DNA of 63,478 nucleotides, counting the filler, from an uncultured Synergistales bacterium (lineage in GTDB: Bacteria; Synergistota; Synergistia; Synergistales; Aminobacteriaceae): NCBI GenBank assembly GCA_937897575.1. It is 4 parts of 4 records of this genome, joined end to end, with 100 filler letters (N's around TTAATTAATTAA, not from the genome) between each part and the next. Parts side by side here need not be neighbours in the genome. Positions count along the whole stretch, not along the records: positions 32,605 to 51,566 come from CALCQG010000025.1; positions 51,667 to 63,478 come from CALCQG010000028.1; 2 more parts are not named here. One strand, given 5' to 3'. The translations under genes were made by a program, and so were the position numbers. The notes under the pieces were generated by a model. The model made no database searches, was not told where the DNA came from, and was given only the letters and a program-made list of their open reading frames with translations. Shown here in pieces: positions 49,429 to 59,221 of the stretch. Each line of letters opens with the position of its first letter. Position 1 is the stretch's first letter.

Positions 49429-50508
49429 TCATGAAGTGAGCAAGTATGCGTACAGTGGCGGCAACACCAACAGGATCGTCACAAGTCGGACGGTCTGAAG
49501 GATACTGACTTTCAGGGGATCTGCACCCATGTCCTCCGCAATGATGGACATCTGGGATATTCCACCAAGAGAAGTGGAGAGCAGGCAAGTGGGATAATCC
49601 CAACCCGTCATCCTGTGGAGGAGCATGCCGAGCAGGATACTGAGCAGAAGCATGGTACCCGTCGAAAGGACGATGAGGGCGGCATGTGCCAGAAATCCGG
49701 AGAGCGTCTGAGAGGTGATATGCGAGGCCACGACGACCCCAAGTCCTATCTGGGCAAGAATTCTCATGAATTCAGGCAAAGATGAGAAAGGAACCCCGAG
49801 AAGGTTGCCCAGGGCGACGAAGATGATGGAGCCGGTGAGCAGCCCCACGGGAAGATTGAGAGCATAGCCAACCAAAGCGCCTGCAGTGGCCACCAAAGCC
49901 AGCAGCAAAAGGCCGGTAACCCTAGTATGCAGAGTCGTCTCGTTTTGCTGAACACTCTTCTGCATGTCGACGGCTGTTGACGTTTGGGATGATGCCTTCA
50001 ATGCGCCGCTTCTCAAGCTCCAGAGCCTGCAGATCATCGGAGTGGCCAATATAGCCGAGAGAAGCCGAAAGATCTGCAGCAGTGTGACGCTCGCCGTATC
50101 AGCCCCGAAGGATATGGCAAGGAGGGCCATTTCAGCGATGCCTCCTGTCGTGGCGCCGAGGAGAGCCGTTCCCAGAGAAAAATCGGCCATTCGATACAAG
50201 ATCGTCCCTCCAAGCAAAGAGAGAAAGAGCATGCCGCACGAGACGATGATGGCCGGGAGGATCAGACTCCTCAGAAGGCGCACGGATGCGCGGTTGATAC
50301 GAAGGCCGATGTAGGCCCCGATCACTATGTTACTGTATCGCGACATCCAATGGAGAGGGAAGGTGGGGTAGTACCCGGCCAAATTCACGAGAGCGGCAAA
50401 GGCGAGAGACCCCAGGATCGCCGGGACGGGCCAGGAGAGTCGACGAAAGACGCCGTATCCGGCGCTTCCGATGAGAAAGATGAAGAGCATTCCCGGGATC
50501 ATCGACAC
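49429..50508 (-). CDS. AbrB-family (AidB regulator/putative ammonia monooxygenase-like) membrane protein
   Basis: Two internal repeats, GGIAEMALLA..FGAD...V.LLQIFRL and GGISQMSIIAEDMGAD...V.ILQTVRL; AAGGAGG SD overlaps the acyP stop. Confidence 0.85.
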   Translation of the reverse strand: MSMIPGMLFIFLIGSAGYGVFRRLSWPVPAILGSLAFAALVNLAGYYPTFPLHWMSRYSNIVIGAYIGLRINRASVRLLRSLILPAIIVSCGMLFLSLLGGTILYRMADFSLGTALLGATTGGIAEMALLAISFGADTASVTLLQIFRLLSAILATPMICRLWSLRSGALKASSQTSTAVDMQKSVQQNETTLHTRVTGLLLLALVATAGALVGYALNLPVGLLTGSIIFVALGNLLGVPFSSLPEFMRILAQIGLGVVVASHITSQTLSGFLAHAALIVLSTGTMLLLSILLGMLLHRMTGWDYPTCLLSTSLGGISQMSIIAEDMGADPLKVSILQTVRLVTILLVLPPLYAYLLTS

Positions 50509-50525
50509 AACGGCATCATACCTCC

Positions 50526-50801
50526 TTACCGTCGGATAATAAAAGAGTCTTCCTCGCAACGAAGAGAGCAGGGTATGGAGGTCATCCTGCGAATCGTCGC
50601 CAAGGAAGGACTTCCGCGAAGCCATATTTCAAGGGCATCGATCGCCTCCGAATCGCCCTGGATCTCCGCCTCCACATGGCCTTCAGGCAGGTTTCGAACC
50701 CAGCCGATCAGGGCCAGATCCCGTGCGGCGAGCGCCATGCGGCGACGGAGTCCCACGCCCTGTACAATCCCTTCGATGAGCAGTTTCCGCCGCTCCTTCA
50801 T
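50526..50801 (-). CDS. acyP: Acylphosphatase
   Basis: G.VQGVGLR and GWVRNLPEG.VE motifs, with catalytic Arg and Asn present. Confidence 0.88.
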   Translation of the reverse strand: MKERRKLLIEGIVQGVGLRRRMALAARDLALIGWVRNLPEGHVEAEIQGDSEAIDALEIWLRGSPSLATIRRMTSIPCSLRCEEDSFIIRR

Positions 50802-51106
50802 CGTCTCGGCGAGGAGGGGACGACGGTGCGGAGCCCCTCTATGCTGTAACAACGCTTGCGAGACCGGGCAGCGTTGGCTTCGTTGGGCGACGAAGTTGAC
50901 GGACATTCTTCGGCACGCGATCCCTCGATGTCAGGCCGTCTTCTCACGATGTCCCCCTTCCGCGCCGAAAATGATACTTCGGCAGAGCATGAGCAGTTGG
51001 CATGTCCTGCTTCCTGAGCGTCAAAAAACAGTTTTGGTCCCATTATAAGCCCTCGGGGGAGGAGGTGTCCTACACCCTTCATAGGATGCCTGATGCCCGG
51101 CAAAAC

Positions 51107-51143
51107 AAAAGACCCCGCCTGGGACACATATGCGGGGTCTTTT
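51107..51143 (-). terminator. Terminator of the tRNA-Gln/Glu operon
   Basis: AAAAGACCCCGC...GCGGGGTCTTTT. Confidence 0.75.
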
Positions 51144-51152
51144 CTCTATTAA

Positions 51153-51228
51153 TGGTAGCCCCAACGGGATTCGAACCCGTGTTTTAACCTTGAGAGGGTT
51201 ACGACCTAGGCCGCTAGTCGATGGGGCC
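51153..51228 (-). tRNA. tRNA-Glu(CTC)
   Basis: Reverse complement GGCCCCA...TAACC-CTCTCAA-GGTTA...GGTTCGAATCC...ACCA. Confidence 0.95.
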
Positions 51229-51238
51229 ATTCACTTGC

Positions 51239-51312
51239 TGGCTGGGGAACCTGGATTCGAACCAAGATTACCTGATCCAGAGTCAGGCGTCCTGCCATTG
51301 GACGATTCCCCA
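51239..51312 (-). tRNA. tRNA-Gln(CTG)
   Basis: Reverse complement TGGGGAA...CCTGA-CTCTGGA-TCAGG...TTCCCCAGCCA. Confidence 0.95.
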
Positions 51313-51335
51313 GTACTCTTACAATGAACTAATGT

Positions 51336-51364
51336 ATGATACGAAAGGACCTCGGTGATGTCAA
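51336..51364 (-). promoter_or_regulatory. Promoter of tRNA-Gln/Glu
   Basis: Minus strand TTGACA, 17-bp spacer, TATCAT. Confidence 0.75.
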
Positions 51365-51566
51365 GCCCTTTGGGTCGTATTTTTCGCACCCATGGACGCA
51401 CATGCTCCACGTTGCATAGGTTCTGAAGGAGCGATCTGTTTCTGGAAAAAAGATACGTGGTGCAAGGAGAGCTTTCGAACATCAAGGCAAACTCAGGCCG
51501 GAGGGCTCGTCTTGCTGCGCATGAACAGATGTCTTGCAGACGATTTCCACCTCCTATGCCCCGATG

Positions 51567-51666
51567 NNNNNNNNNNNNNNNNNNNNNNNNNNNNNNNNNN
51601 NNNNNNNNNNTTAATTAATTAANNNNNNNNNNNNNNNNNNNNNNNNNNNNNNNNNNNNNNNNNNNN
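51567..51666. other. Artificial contig linker
   Basis: N-run with TTAATTAATTAA. Confidence 0.98.
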
Positions 51667-52114
51667 CTGCCCCATGCTCCGCGCCCTCCGGGTGGACAAG
51701 ATGACCCTCGCCGCCCTGGAGGCGACGCTGCGCCTCTACCTTCGGGGGCAGGAGGAGGAGATACCCACCATCGCCATGCTCCGCGCGGAGGAGGGAGCGT
51801 TGAGAAGGCGGGCCGTCCGGCTCGCGGCGCGGCTGAAAAAAGTGCTGCCGAAGGCGAGGATCGCCGTCGTCCCCGTGGACGATGCCGTCGGCGGCGGGGC
51901 TTTCCCCGCGACGAACCTCCCCGGGTGGGGGGTGACCGTCGCGGAGCCCGCCCTGGGCAGCGCAAACGATATCCTCACCCGCCTGCGGGAGGGGGAGTAC
52001 TCCGTCGTCGCGGGAGCTCGGGACAGCGAGGTCGTCCTGCACGTTCGGACGCTCCTTCAGGAGGACGACAGGAGGATCGCCTCGGCGTTCTCCGGGATGA
52101 CGGCGAAGGAGTGA
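51667..52114 (+). CDS. selA: L-seryl-tRNA(Sec) selenium transferase, C-terminal part
   Basis: PMLRALRVDKMTLAALEATL, VGGGAFP and LHVRTL motifs; directly upstream of selB. Confidence 0.93.
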
Positions 52115-52118
52115 GCCC

Positions 52119-54086
52119 ATGGACGGCAAGGAGATCTCCCTGGTCCTGGGGACGGCGGGCCATATCGACCACGGAAAGACCACCCTTGTCAAGGCCCTTA
52201 CGGGCGTCGACTGCGACCGTCTTTCGGAGGAGAAGAAGCGGGGCATCACCATCGAGCTGGGCTTCGCCCCGCTGAAGCTCGACGACGGACGCATCGTCAG
52301 CGTCGTGGATGTGCCGGGGCACGAGCGGTTCATACGCCAGATGGTGGCCGGAGCATCGGGCGTCGACGCCATCCTGCTCGTGGTTGCAGCCGACGAGGGC
52401 GTCATGCCCCAGACGCGCGAACACCTCGATATTCTCCGTCTTCTCGGGGTGCACGACGGGCTTGTGGCCGTGACGAAGACGGACACCGTGGAGGGTGAAT
52501 TTCTCGACATGGTGCTCAAGGATATCGAGGAGTTCGTGGACGGGACCTTTCTGCAGGGCAAACCCGTCATCCCCGTATCCGCCTTCACGGGGGCCAACAT
52601 CCCCGAGCTTCGCGGGGAACTTGCGCGGCTGGTGGACAGGGTTCCGACCCGACCGAGGCGAGGCCCCTTCTTCCTTCCCATCGACAGGGCCTTCCCCGTC
52701 TCGGGGTTCGGGACCGTCGTCACGGGGACGGCCTATCGAGGGACGATCCGCGCCGGGGCCGAGGGCGTCGTCCTGCCCAGCGAGAAAAAAGTCCGGATAC
52801 GCAGCGTTCAGGTCCACGGCACCTCCGTCGAGGCGGCGTGGGCCGGTCAGAGAGTCGCGGCAAGCCTCTCGGGGCTCTCATCCGGCGATCTGGCCCGTGG
52901 CGACACGCTCTGTGCCGAGGGCGTCTACCGGCGGACGCAGTGCTTCGAATGCGAAATACATCTCCTCGCACGGAACGCGACGCCGCTCCGCCACTGGCAG
53001 AGGGTGCGCCTGCACATCGGGACGTCCGACGTCATGGCCAGAATCTCCCTTCTCGACCGGGCGAACCTCCAACCGGGCGACAGGGCGCCGGGGCAGATCG
53101 TGGCCGAGGAGGACGTGGTCTGCCTCATGGACCAGCGGTTCATCCTCCGACGGTACAGCCCCCTCGAGACCATCGGCGGCGGTCGGGTCCTGGGGCCATT
53201 CGGGACGAAACCCAAGGGGAAAAAGGCGCGCCAGGCCTGCGTCGAGCGAATCTCGGCCATGACCCGGTCGCCTCTTCTGAAGGACCGCCTCGCCGCCCTT
53301 GTCCGGTCCTACGGCAGGGTGTCCGTCGACGAATGCGTCGCCTTCCTCCAGGAGTTCGAGGAGGATGTCCTCGCTGCGGGGCAGCGACTGGACGATTCCG
53401 GCGACGCGGTGCTCCTCCAGGGTGAAGGGAGGATCTTTCTCTCCCCCGAGCGCTTCGCCCACCTTCACGACGAGACAACCCGGTTTCTCGCGGCCTTCCA
53501 TCAGGAGCACCCGTCGCAGCAAGGGACTCCGGCGGACGAGGCGACCCTCGCCCTGTTCAGGGACTTCGAGCCCCGCACGGCGAAGGCCCTGCTCGACGCC
53601 ATGGTGAAACGGGGGGACGTGGTCATCGACGAAGGGCGCCTTCGCTTGCGGGACTTCGTGCCCAGGGACGACGCGGCCTTCGCCCGGGATTCCAAGGCGC
53701 TGCTCTCCCTCTGCGACGCCCGAGGATTCCAGCCACCCCTGATCGACGAGTGCCAGAGCGCGCTCGGCATGGAGCAGAAAAAATTCTCCACCCTCGTCAA
53801 GACCCTCAAGGACAGCGGGGCGATTGCCATCGTGACCGGAGGGTTCATCCTCTCGTCAGACGTGGAGAAAAAGCTGCTCGAGGTCCTCTCCCGGAACAGA
53901 AATGACATCACCCTCGCCGGAATTCGGGATTCGACGGGCAGCTCAAGAAAGTTCATCCTTCCCATTCTGGAGTACTTCGACGCCAGAGGCTACACCCGCC
54001 GGGTGGGGGACAAACGGGTCCTCATCCTCTCGAAACTGCCGGAGAGCCTGCGTCCGGCCCCCGAACGCGATGGCGCTGAGATTTGA
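52119..54086 (+). CDS. selB: Selenocysteine-specific elongation factor
   Basis: GTAGHIDHGKT, RGITIELGF, DVPGHERF, PQTREH and C-terminal winged helix SRKFILPILEYFD..GYTRR. Confidence 0.97.
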   Translation: MDGKEISLVLGTAGHIDHGKTTLVKALTGVDCDRLSEEKKRGITIELGFAPLKLDDGRIVSVVDVPGHERFIRQMVAGASGVDAILLVVAADEGVMPQTREHLDILRLLGVHDGLVAVTKTDTVEGEFLDMVLKDIEEFVDGTFLQGKPVIPVSAFTGANIPELRGELARLVDRVPTRPRRGPFFLPIDRAFPVSGFGTVVTGTAYRGTIRAGAEGVVLPSEKKVRIRSVQVHGTSVEAAWAGQRVAASLSGLSSGDLARGDTLCAEGVYRRTQCFECEIHLLARNATPLRHWQRVRLHIGTSDVMARISLLDRANLQPGDRAPGQIVAEEDVVCLMDQRFILRRYSPLETIGGGRVLGPFGTKPKGKKARQACVERISAMTRSPLLKDRLAALVRSYGRVSVDECVAFLQEFEEDVLAAGQRLDDSGDAVLLQGEGRIFLSPERFAHLHDETTRFLAAFHQEHPSQQGTPADEATLALFRDFEPRTAKALLDAMVKRGDVVIDEGRLRLRDFVPRDDAAFARDSKALLSLCDARGFQPPLIDECQSALGMEQKKFSTLVKTLKDSGAIAIVTGGFILSSDVEKKLLEVLSRNRNDITLAGIRDSTGSSRKFILPILEYFDARGYTRRVGDKRVLILSKLPESLRPAPERDGAEI

Positions 54087-54110
54087 TAGTTATGCCACCC
54101 CATGGTATAC
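54083..54110 (+). promoter_or_regulatory. veg promoter
   Basis: TTGATA, 16-bp spacer, TG-G-TATACT. Confidence 0.6.
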
Positions 54111-54144
54111 TATATTATATTATGGAGTGGTAGGAGTGACGCGC

Positions 54145-54384
54145 ATGGCATCCACAATCTCTTCGATCAAGGAGCAGGTGGCGCTGTACAAGGGGCTGAG
54201 AGTTCGGTACCGAACGGCGAAGGGTCGCCGCAAAGTTGAAGAACGCCAGGGCATCGTGCTTGAGACGTATCCAAACCTTTTCACGCTCTATGTGGAGTCT
54301 CAGGACAGCAAGGTTTCCTTCAGTTACGCGGAACTCCTGACCCGCGAGGTCGAGCTGGAGCTCCTCTCGGGAAACAGAAAGTAG
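54145..54384 (+). CDS. veg: Veg family protein
   Basis: GRRK...G...ETYPNLF...SFSYAELLT motif; upstream of ispE as in Bacillota. Confidence 0.88.
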   Translation: MASTISSIKEQVALYKGLRVRYRTAKGRRKVEERQGIVLETYPNLFTLYVESQDSKVSFSYAELLTREVELELLSGNRK

Positions 54385-54479
54385 CCCTCGTCGCTGTTCT
54401 TGCACGGAACGGAAACCAAAGCCCCGCACGCCACCGCGTCGGGGCGTTCTTTTTACCTGAGAGAGCCCGGGAGGCCGCC

Positions 54480-55328
54480 ATGGGAATCGTTCTTCAATCT
54501 CCAGCCAAGGTGAACTGTACGCTCAGAATCACAGGACGGCGTCCCGACGGCTTCCACGAGCTGCGATCCCTCTTTCTCACCCTGTCTGCTGTGGAGTCGT
54601 TGACAATAACGCCCTCCGGCGATCATACTGGCCGGGACAGGATCGAGATCACCGGAGAAACCGTCGTGGGGGAGAACATCCTGGAGAAGGTGCTCGCCCA
54701 TGCCCGCCGGAAGGTGCCCCTCCCGGCCATGGAGATCGGCCTTCACAAGGTGATCCCCCCGGGGAGCGGCCTCGGCGGAGGGAGCGGCAACGCCGCCGCC
54801 CTGATCCGATGGCTGAACGGCCTGCACCTCGGACTGGACATGTCCGGCGGGGAGGTGGGCTCCGACGTCCCCTTCCTCGTGAGCGGGGCACCCGTGGCCC
54901 TCGTCGGAGGGCGAGGCGAGGGGGTCGAACCGCTTGCCCCCCTTGAGAATCGACTGTCCGTGCTTGTCGTCATCCCTAAGTGGAGCGTCTCCACGGCTGC
55001 CGCGTTCTCCTCCTTCGACCGGGGGACGGCCGGGCGCACCATGAGCGACCGGGACGCCGAACGGGAGGCTCGCCTGGTGCATACCGCCCTGGCCAAAGGG
55101 GAGAGGGTGGGGCTGCTCCCCAACGACTTTCTCCCCTTCCTCGGGGCGTGCCATCGGGAATACGCCCACCTCTTTCCGGTCATGGAGGAGGCGGGAGCGC
55201 TGGGGTGGGGGCTGTCGGGGAGCGGCAGCGCCGCCTTCGGCCTCTTCCCGCGGGGCTACCCCTTCCTCTCCGCGGCGGCAGGGATGAACGAGTTTGGCTG
55301 GGTTCGAAAAATCCTAGTGCTGGAGTGA
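54480..55328 (+). CDS. ispE: 4-diphosphocytidyl-2-C-methyl-D-erythritol kinase
   Basis: PAKVN, RPDGFHEL, K.IP.GSGLGGGSGNAA, GSDVPF and LSGSGS motifs. Confidence 0.93.
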   Translation: MGIVLQSPAKVNCTLRITGRRPDGFHELRSLFLTLSAVESLTITPSGDHTGRDRIEITGETVVGENILEKVLAHARRKVPLPAMEIGLHKVIPPGSGLGGGSGNAAALIRWLNGLHLGLDMSGGEVGSDVPFLVSGAPVALVGGRGEGVEPLAPLENRLSVLVVIPKWSVSTAAAFSSFDRGTAGRTMSDRDAEREARLVHTALAKGERVGLLPNDFLPFLGACHREYAHLFPVMEEAGALGWGLSGSGSAAFGLFPRGYPFLSAAAGMNEFGWVRKILVLE

Positions 55329-55334
55329 TCGCCC

Positions 55335-56144
55335 ATGAAAGGCCAACGCATCGAGCGACTGATCCGAATGACCTCCCGCTTTCTGTGCCGCCCCTCGGGG
55401 CAGATATCCATGACCTCACTGGCGGAACGCTTCCAGGTGTCGAAGACCGTGGTGAGCGACGACGTCGCGATGATCAGCGACGCCCTGACCCGCGAGGGGC
55501 TCGGCGGCATCTCGGTGGACCGGGGCCGCGCGGGAGGGGCCACCTTCCTCCCCGCCATGAACGCGGAGGCGAGGGCCTCCCTTCTGGAGGAGATGGCCGG
55601 GATCCTGAACGACGAGGATCGCTTTCTTCCGGGCGGCCTTCTCTACTACAGCGACATCCTCTTCAACCCGCACCACACCCTGCGCCTGGGGCTCGCCATA
55701 AAGTCGCTCTTCGACGACGTTCGGCCCGATATCGTCATGACGTCGGAGGTCAAAGGAATCCCCATCGCCATGTTCACCGCATACGCCATGGGCGTGCCTC
55801 TCGCCGTCTGCCGCTTCCGGAACCGCGCCAGCGACGGATCGGCCGTCGCCGTACACTATCCGGCAAAGGGCGGCGAGGTCCGCGCCATGTACCTGGGCAC
55901 GAAACAGCTCGGCAGAGGCAAGAAGGTGCTCATCGTGGACGACTTCATGCGGGGCGGGAGCACCGTCGCAGGGATGCTGCTCGTGGCCAAGGAGTTCGGC
56001 GCGGAGGTCACGGGGACGGGGATCTTCATGGTCTCATCGGACCCCGGGGAGAAGGCCGTGAGCACCTACCGGGCCCTCCTCCGGCTGGACGGCGCGGAGA
56101 CAGGCAGGCCCAGGGTCTCACCCTGGCAGCCGCCCGATATTTGA
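55335..56144 (+). CDS. purR: Bacillus-type pur operon repressor (wHTH plus PRT domain)
   Basis: R.ERL...F..SKT.VSDD, RFLPGG..Y.SD, KGIP and VDDFMRGGST motifs. Confidence 0.9.
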   Translation: MKGQRIERLIRMTSRFLCRPSGQISMTSLAERFQVSKTVVSDDVAMISDALTREGLGGISVDRGRAGGATFLPAMNAEARASLLEEMAGILNDEDRFLPGGLLYYSDILFNPHHTLRLGLAIKSLFDDVRPDIVMTSEVKGIPIAMFTAYAMGVPLAVCRFRNRASDGSAVAVHYPAKGGEVRAMYLGTKQLGRGKKVLIVDDFMRGGSTVAGMLLVAKEFGAEVTGTGIFMVSSDPGEKAVSTYRALLRLDGAETGRPRVSPWQPPDI

Positions 56145-56195
56145 CGATCCTCTCGGCCTGATATACAATCCCTCTGTCGAAAGGAGGTGCAATAG

Positions 56196-56384
<189 letters not shown>

Positions 56385-56454
56385 AGCGGAGCGCCTGACG
56401 GCCGACAGCCTTGCTTTTTGTGAAAGCGCGGGCGTATAATGAACGGCATTGTCC

Positions 56455-56531
56455 GGGCCTATAGCTCAAGTGGTTAGAGCCACCGGCTCATAACCGGAAG
56501 GTTCCTGGTTCGAGTCCAGGTAGGCCCACCA
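56455..56531 (+). tRNA. tRNA with CAT anticodon, probably tRNA-Ile2 (lysidine) rather than Met
   Basis: GGGCCTA/TAGGCCC acceptor stem (paired 1-72, so not initiator); anticodon arm CCGG-CTCATAA-CCGG resembles bacterial Ile2. Confidence 0.85.
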
Positions 56532-56584
56532 GAGTACGACCGTTTCCTCCCGGGGAAACGGTTTTTTACTATGGAGGGATGACC

Positions 56585-57397
56585 ATGAAGGTGTGGGAGT
56601 TGATCCAGCGGCTCGACGACGTGCTGCCCTTCCGATGGACGGAGGAGTGGGACAACACGGGGCTGAACCTGGGGAACCCGGAGGACGACGTTACGGGCAT
56701 CGCGGTGAGCCTCGACCCGGACATCCGGGCCATGGAGCAGGCGGTCGGCGGGGGATGCAACCTTCTGATCAGCCACCACCCTCTTCTCTTCGCTCCGTCG
56801 AAGGTCATCGACCTCTCCGACTCGCCGGGGCGGGAGATCGCCTTCGCGGTCCGGAAGGGGCTCTCCCTGATAGCGCTCCACACGAACTGGGATTCGAGCC
56901 CGGGCGGTGTCAGCGCGCTCCTGGCCTCCTCCATGGGGTTGCAGAACGTGCTGCCCCTCATCCCCTCGGACAGGGGCGCCTGGGGCATGGGAGCCGTCGG
57001 GGACAGTCCGTCCCTCGAATCGCCTGACGTCTTTGCCGCCAGGATGGGGGAGTGCCTTGGCCTCTCCCGCGTGGAGGTGTACGGAGACAGGGAGCGTCCG
57101 ATTCGGCGCCTGGCTCTCTGCGGGGGATCGGGCGGCGCCCTGTGGCGCTCCGCTCTCGACGCCGGGGCGGATGCCTACTGCACCGCCGATATGAAGTACC
57201 ACGAGAAAAAAGAGGCCACGGAGCGAGGGCTTCGACTTTTCGTCCTAGACCACGGCGAGATGGAGGCCCACTCGCTCGGCGCACTGCGCGGCCTGCTCGA
57301 GGAGAACCTGTCCATGCCCGTCCCCCCCGTCGGCACCCTGCCCGACCCGCCGATGATCCTTCAGCGACCGGACCGGGCGGACTCCCGTCCGGTGTGA
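56585..57397 (+). CDS. Nif3-like dinuclear metal centre protein (YqfO/YbgI)
   Basis: WDNTGL, SHHPLLF, HTNWD, GGSG, TADMKYH and H..ME motifs. Confidence 0.9.
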   Translation: MKVWELIQRLDDVLPFRWTEEWDNTGLNLGNPEDDVTGIAVSLDPDIRAMEQAVGGGCNLLISHHPLLFAPSKVIDLSDSPGREIAFAVRKGLSLIALHTNWDSSPGGVSALLASSMGLQNVLPLIPSDRGAWGMGAVGDSPSLESPDVFAARMGECLGLSRVEVYGDRERPIRRLALCGGSGGALWRSALDAGADAYCTADMKYHEKKEATERGLRLFVLDHGEMEAHSLGALRGLLEENLSMPVPPVGTLPDPPMILQRPDRADSRPV

Positions 57398-57450
57398 TAG
57401 TATGAGTATGAGGGACAGTATTCCATATCTTCAATTCTGAGGTGGTTCGG

Positions 57451-58452
57451 ATGATGCAGCACGTGTTCAGCGGTATGAGGCCGACGGGGAGATTGCACCT
57501 CGGCCATCTTGCAGGTGCTCTGGGGAACTGGGTGCAGCTTCAGGACAAGTACTCCTGCTTTTACAGCATCGTGGACTGGCATGCCCTCATGTCCGACTAT
57601 GCGGACAGCTCCCGCATAAAGGAGAACTCCATGGAGGTCCTCCTCGACTGGCTTGCTGTCGGCCTGGACCCTGAAAAATGCGCCATCTTCGCGCAGTCTC
57701 ACGTTCCGCAGCACGCGGAACTGCACCTCGCCCTCTCCATGATCACGCCGCTGGGCTGGCTGTACCGGTGCCCCACCTACAAGGAGCAGATCCTGAACAT
57801 AAAGAACAAGGACCTGAGCAACTACGCCTTCCTCGGGTACCCGGTGCTCATGGCCGCCGACATCCTGCTGTACAAGTCGAACTACGTCCCCGTGGGGGAG
57901 GATCAGGCCGCGCACCTGGAGATATCCCGGGAGATGGCCCGACGCTTCAACAACTTCTACGGCGAGGTCTTCCCGGAGCCCCAGATGCTCCTGACGCCGA
58001 CGCCCAAAGTCCCGGGAACGGACGGCCGGAAGATGAGCAAATCCTACGGGAACTCCATCGATATCGCCGACTCGCAGGAGGCGATGTGGGAGAAGCTCCG
58101 GACCATGGTCACCGACCCCGCGAGGGAGCGTCGGACGGACCCGGGTGACCCGGACAAATGCCCCGTCTGGGACATCCACAAGGTCTTCAACGACGATGAG
58201 GACGAGAAAAAAGAGATCGCCGCCGGATGCCGGACCGCCGGCATCGGGTGCGTGGACTGCAAAAAGAGGCTCAAGATCCATGTGGAACGGGTGATGGTCC
58301 CGATTCAGCAGAAGAGAGCCCACTACGAGGGCAACCGCTCCCTTCTCATGGAGGTCCTCTGGAGCGGTGCCCAGAAGGCCCGCATCGTCGCGGAAAAGAC
58401 GATGGAGGAAGTGGTCTCCTCCATCGGGTTCGTCCCCAGAGCGAGAGGGTAA
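57451..58452 (+). CDS. trpS: Tryptophan--tRNA ligase
   Basis: SGMRPTGRLHLGH (HIGH), YPVLMAADIL, VPVGEDQ and KMSKS motifs. Confidence 0.97.
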   Translation: MMQHVFSGMRPTGRLHLGHLAGALGNWVQLQDKYSCFYSIVDWHALMSDYADSSRIKENSMEVLLDWLAVGLDPEKCAIFAQSHVPQHAELHLALSMITPLGWLYRCPTYKEQILNIKNKDLSNYAFLGYPVLMAADILLYKSNYVPVGEDQAAHLEISREMARRFNNFYGEVFPEPQMLLTPTPKVPGTDGRKMSKSYGNSIDIADSQEAMWEKLRTMVTDPARERRTDPGDPDKCPVWDIHKVFNDDEDEKKEIAAGCRTAGIGCVDCKKRLKIHVERVMVPIQQKRAHYEGNRSLLMEVLWSGAQKARIVAEKTMEEVVSSIGFVPRARG

Positions 58453-58456
58453 CCCT

Positions 58457-59221
58457 TTGAGGGAGGGCACCACCGGCCTCGACGAGTTCCAGGCCGATGT
58501 GGAGGGGTTCTCCGGCCCCTTTGATCTTCTATGCCACCTGGTGGAGACGGGGCAGCTCGAGGTGGCGTCCATCTCCCTGGGCGAGGTGGTGCGCATATAC
58601 GGGGCCTACCTCGCGAACACGAGGAAGGTCTCTGTCGGTGTCGTCTCCAACTTCCTCTCCATGGCGGCCTCCCTCGTCCTGAAGAAGATCCACGCCCTGT
58701 TCCCCGTCCCGGAGCGCCCCGCAGACGACCTCTCCGGAGCGGTTGAAGCGGGTGGGGAGGACGTCCTGGAGAGGCTCTCGCGCTACCGCCCCTACCGACG
58801 GGCCGCAGAGCGTCTCCTCGACAGGAAGGAGCGCCAGGACCGTTTCTTTCTGCGTCTCGAACCGGACGCGGAGGAGCAGACCTGGTATCTCGGCGACCTG
58901 TACCGGCTCTGCCGGCTCTGGTGGAGCCTGCTGGAGACCAGGAAGAGGACCCTTCGCTCGAGCGGCGCGGAAGGCGATGTCTTTTTGCCCGGCATCCCCG
59001 TCTCGGTGCCCGACGAGGAGCTCATCGAAAACAGGATGGCCGAACTGCGGGCGTCTCTGGCCGCCTCCTCCGTCGTTCGTCTGTCGGAGCTGCTGCCTCT
59101 GCGGGGGGCTTCGTCCCTCTTCATCGTGACAATCCTCGCCCTGCTCGAGCTGAGCAGGGCCGGAACGATCCGGATCGTCCAGAAGGAGCTCTTCCATGAT
59201 CTCTTCATCCGTGCCCTGTGA
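58457..59221 (+). CDS. scpA: Segregation/condensation protein A
   Basis: FSGPFDLLCHL, FLSMAASL..KK and TILALLELSR...IVQ.ELF motifs; probable TTG start at 58457. Confidence 0.85.
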   Translation: MREGTTGLDEFQADVEGFSGPFDLLCHLVETGQLEVASISLGEVVRIYGAYLANTRKVSVGVVSNFLSMAASLVLKKIHALFPVPERPADDLSGAVEAGGEDVLERLSRYRPYRRAAERLLDRKERQDRFFLRLEPDAEEQTWYLGDLYRLCRLWWSLLETRKRTLRSSGAEGDVFLPGIPVSVPDEELIENRMAELRASLAASSVVRLSELLPLRGASSLFIVTILALLELSRAGTIRIVQKELFHDLFIRAL

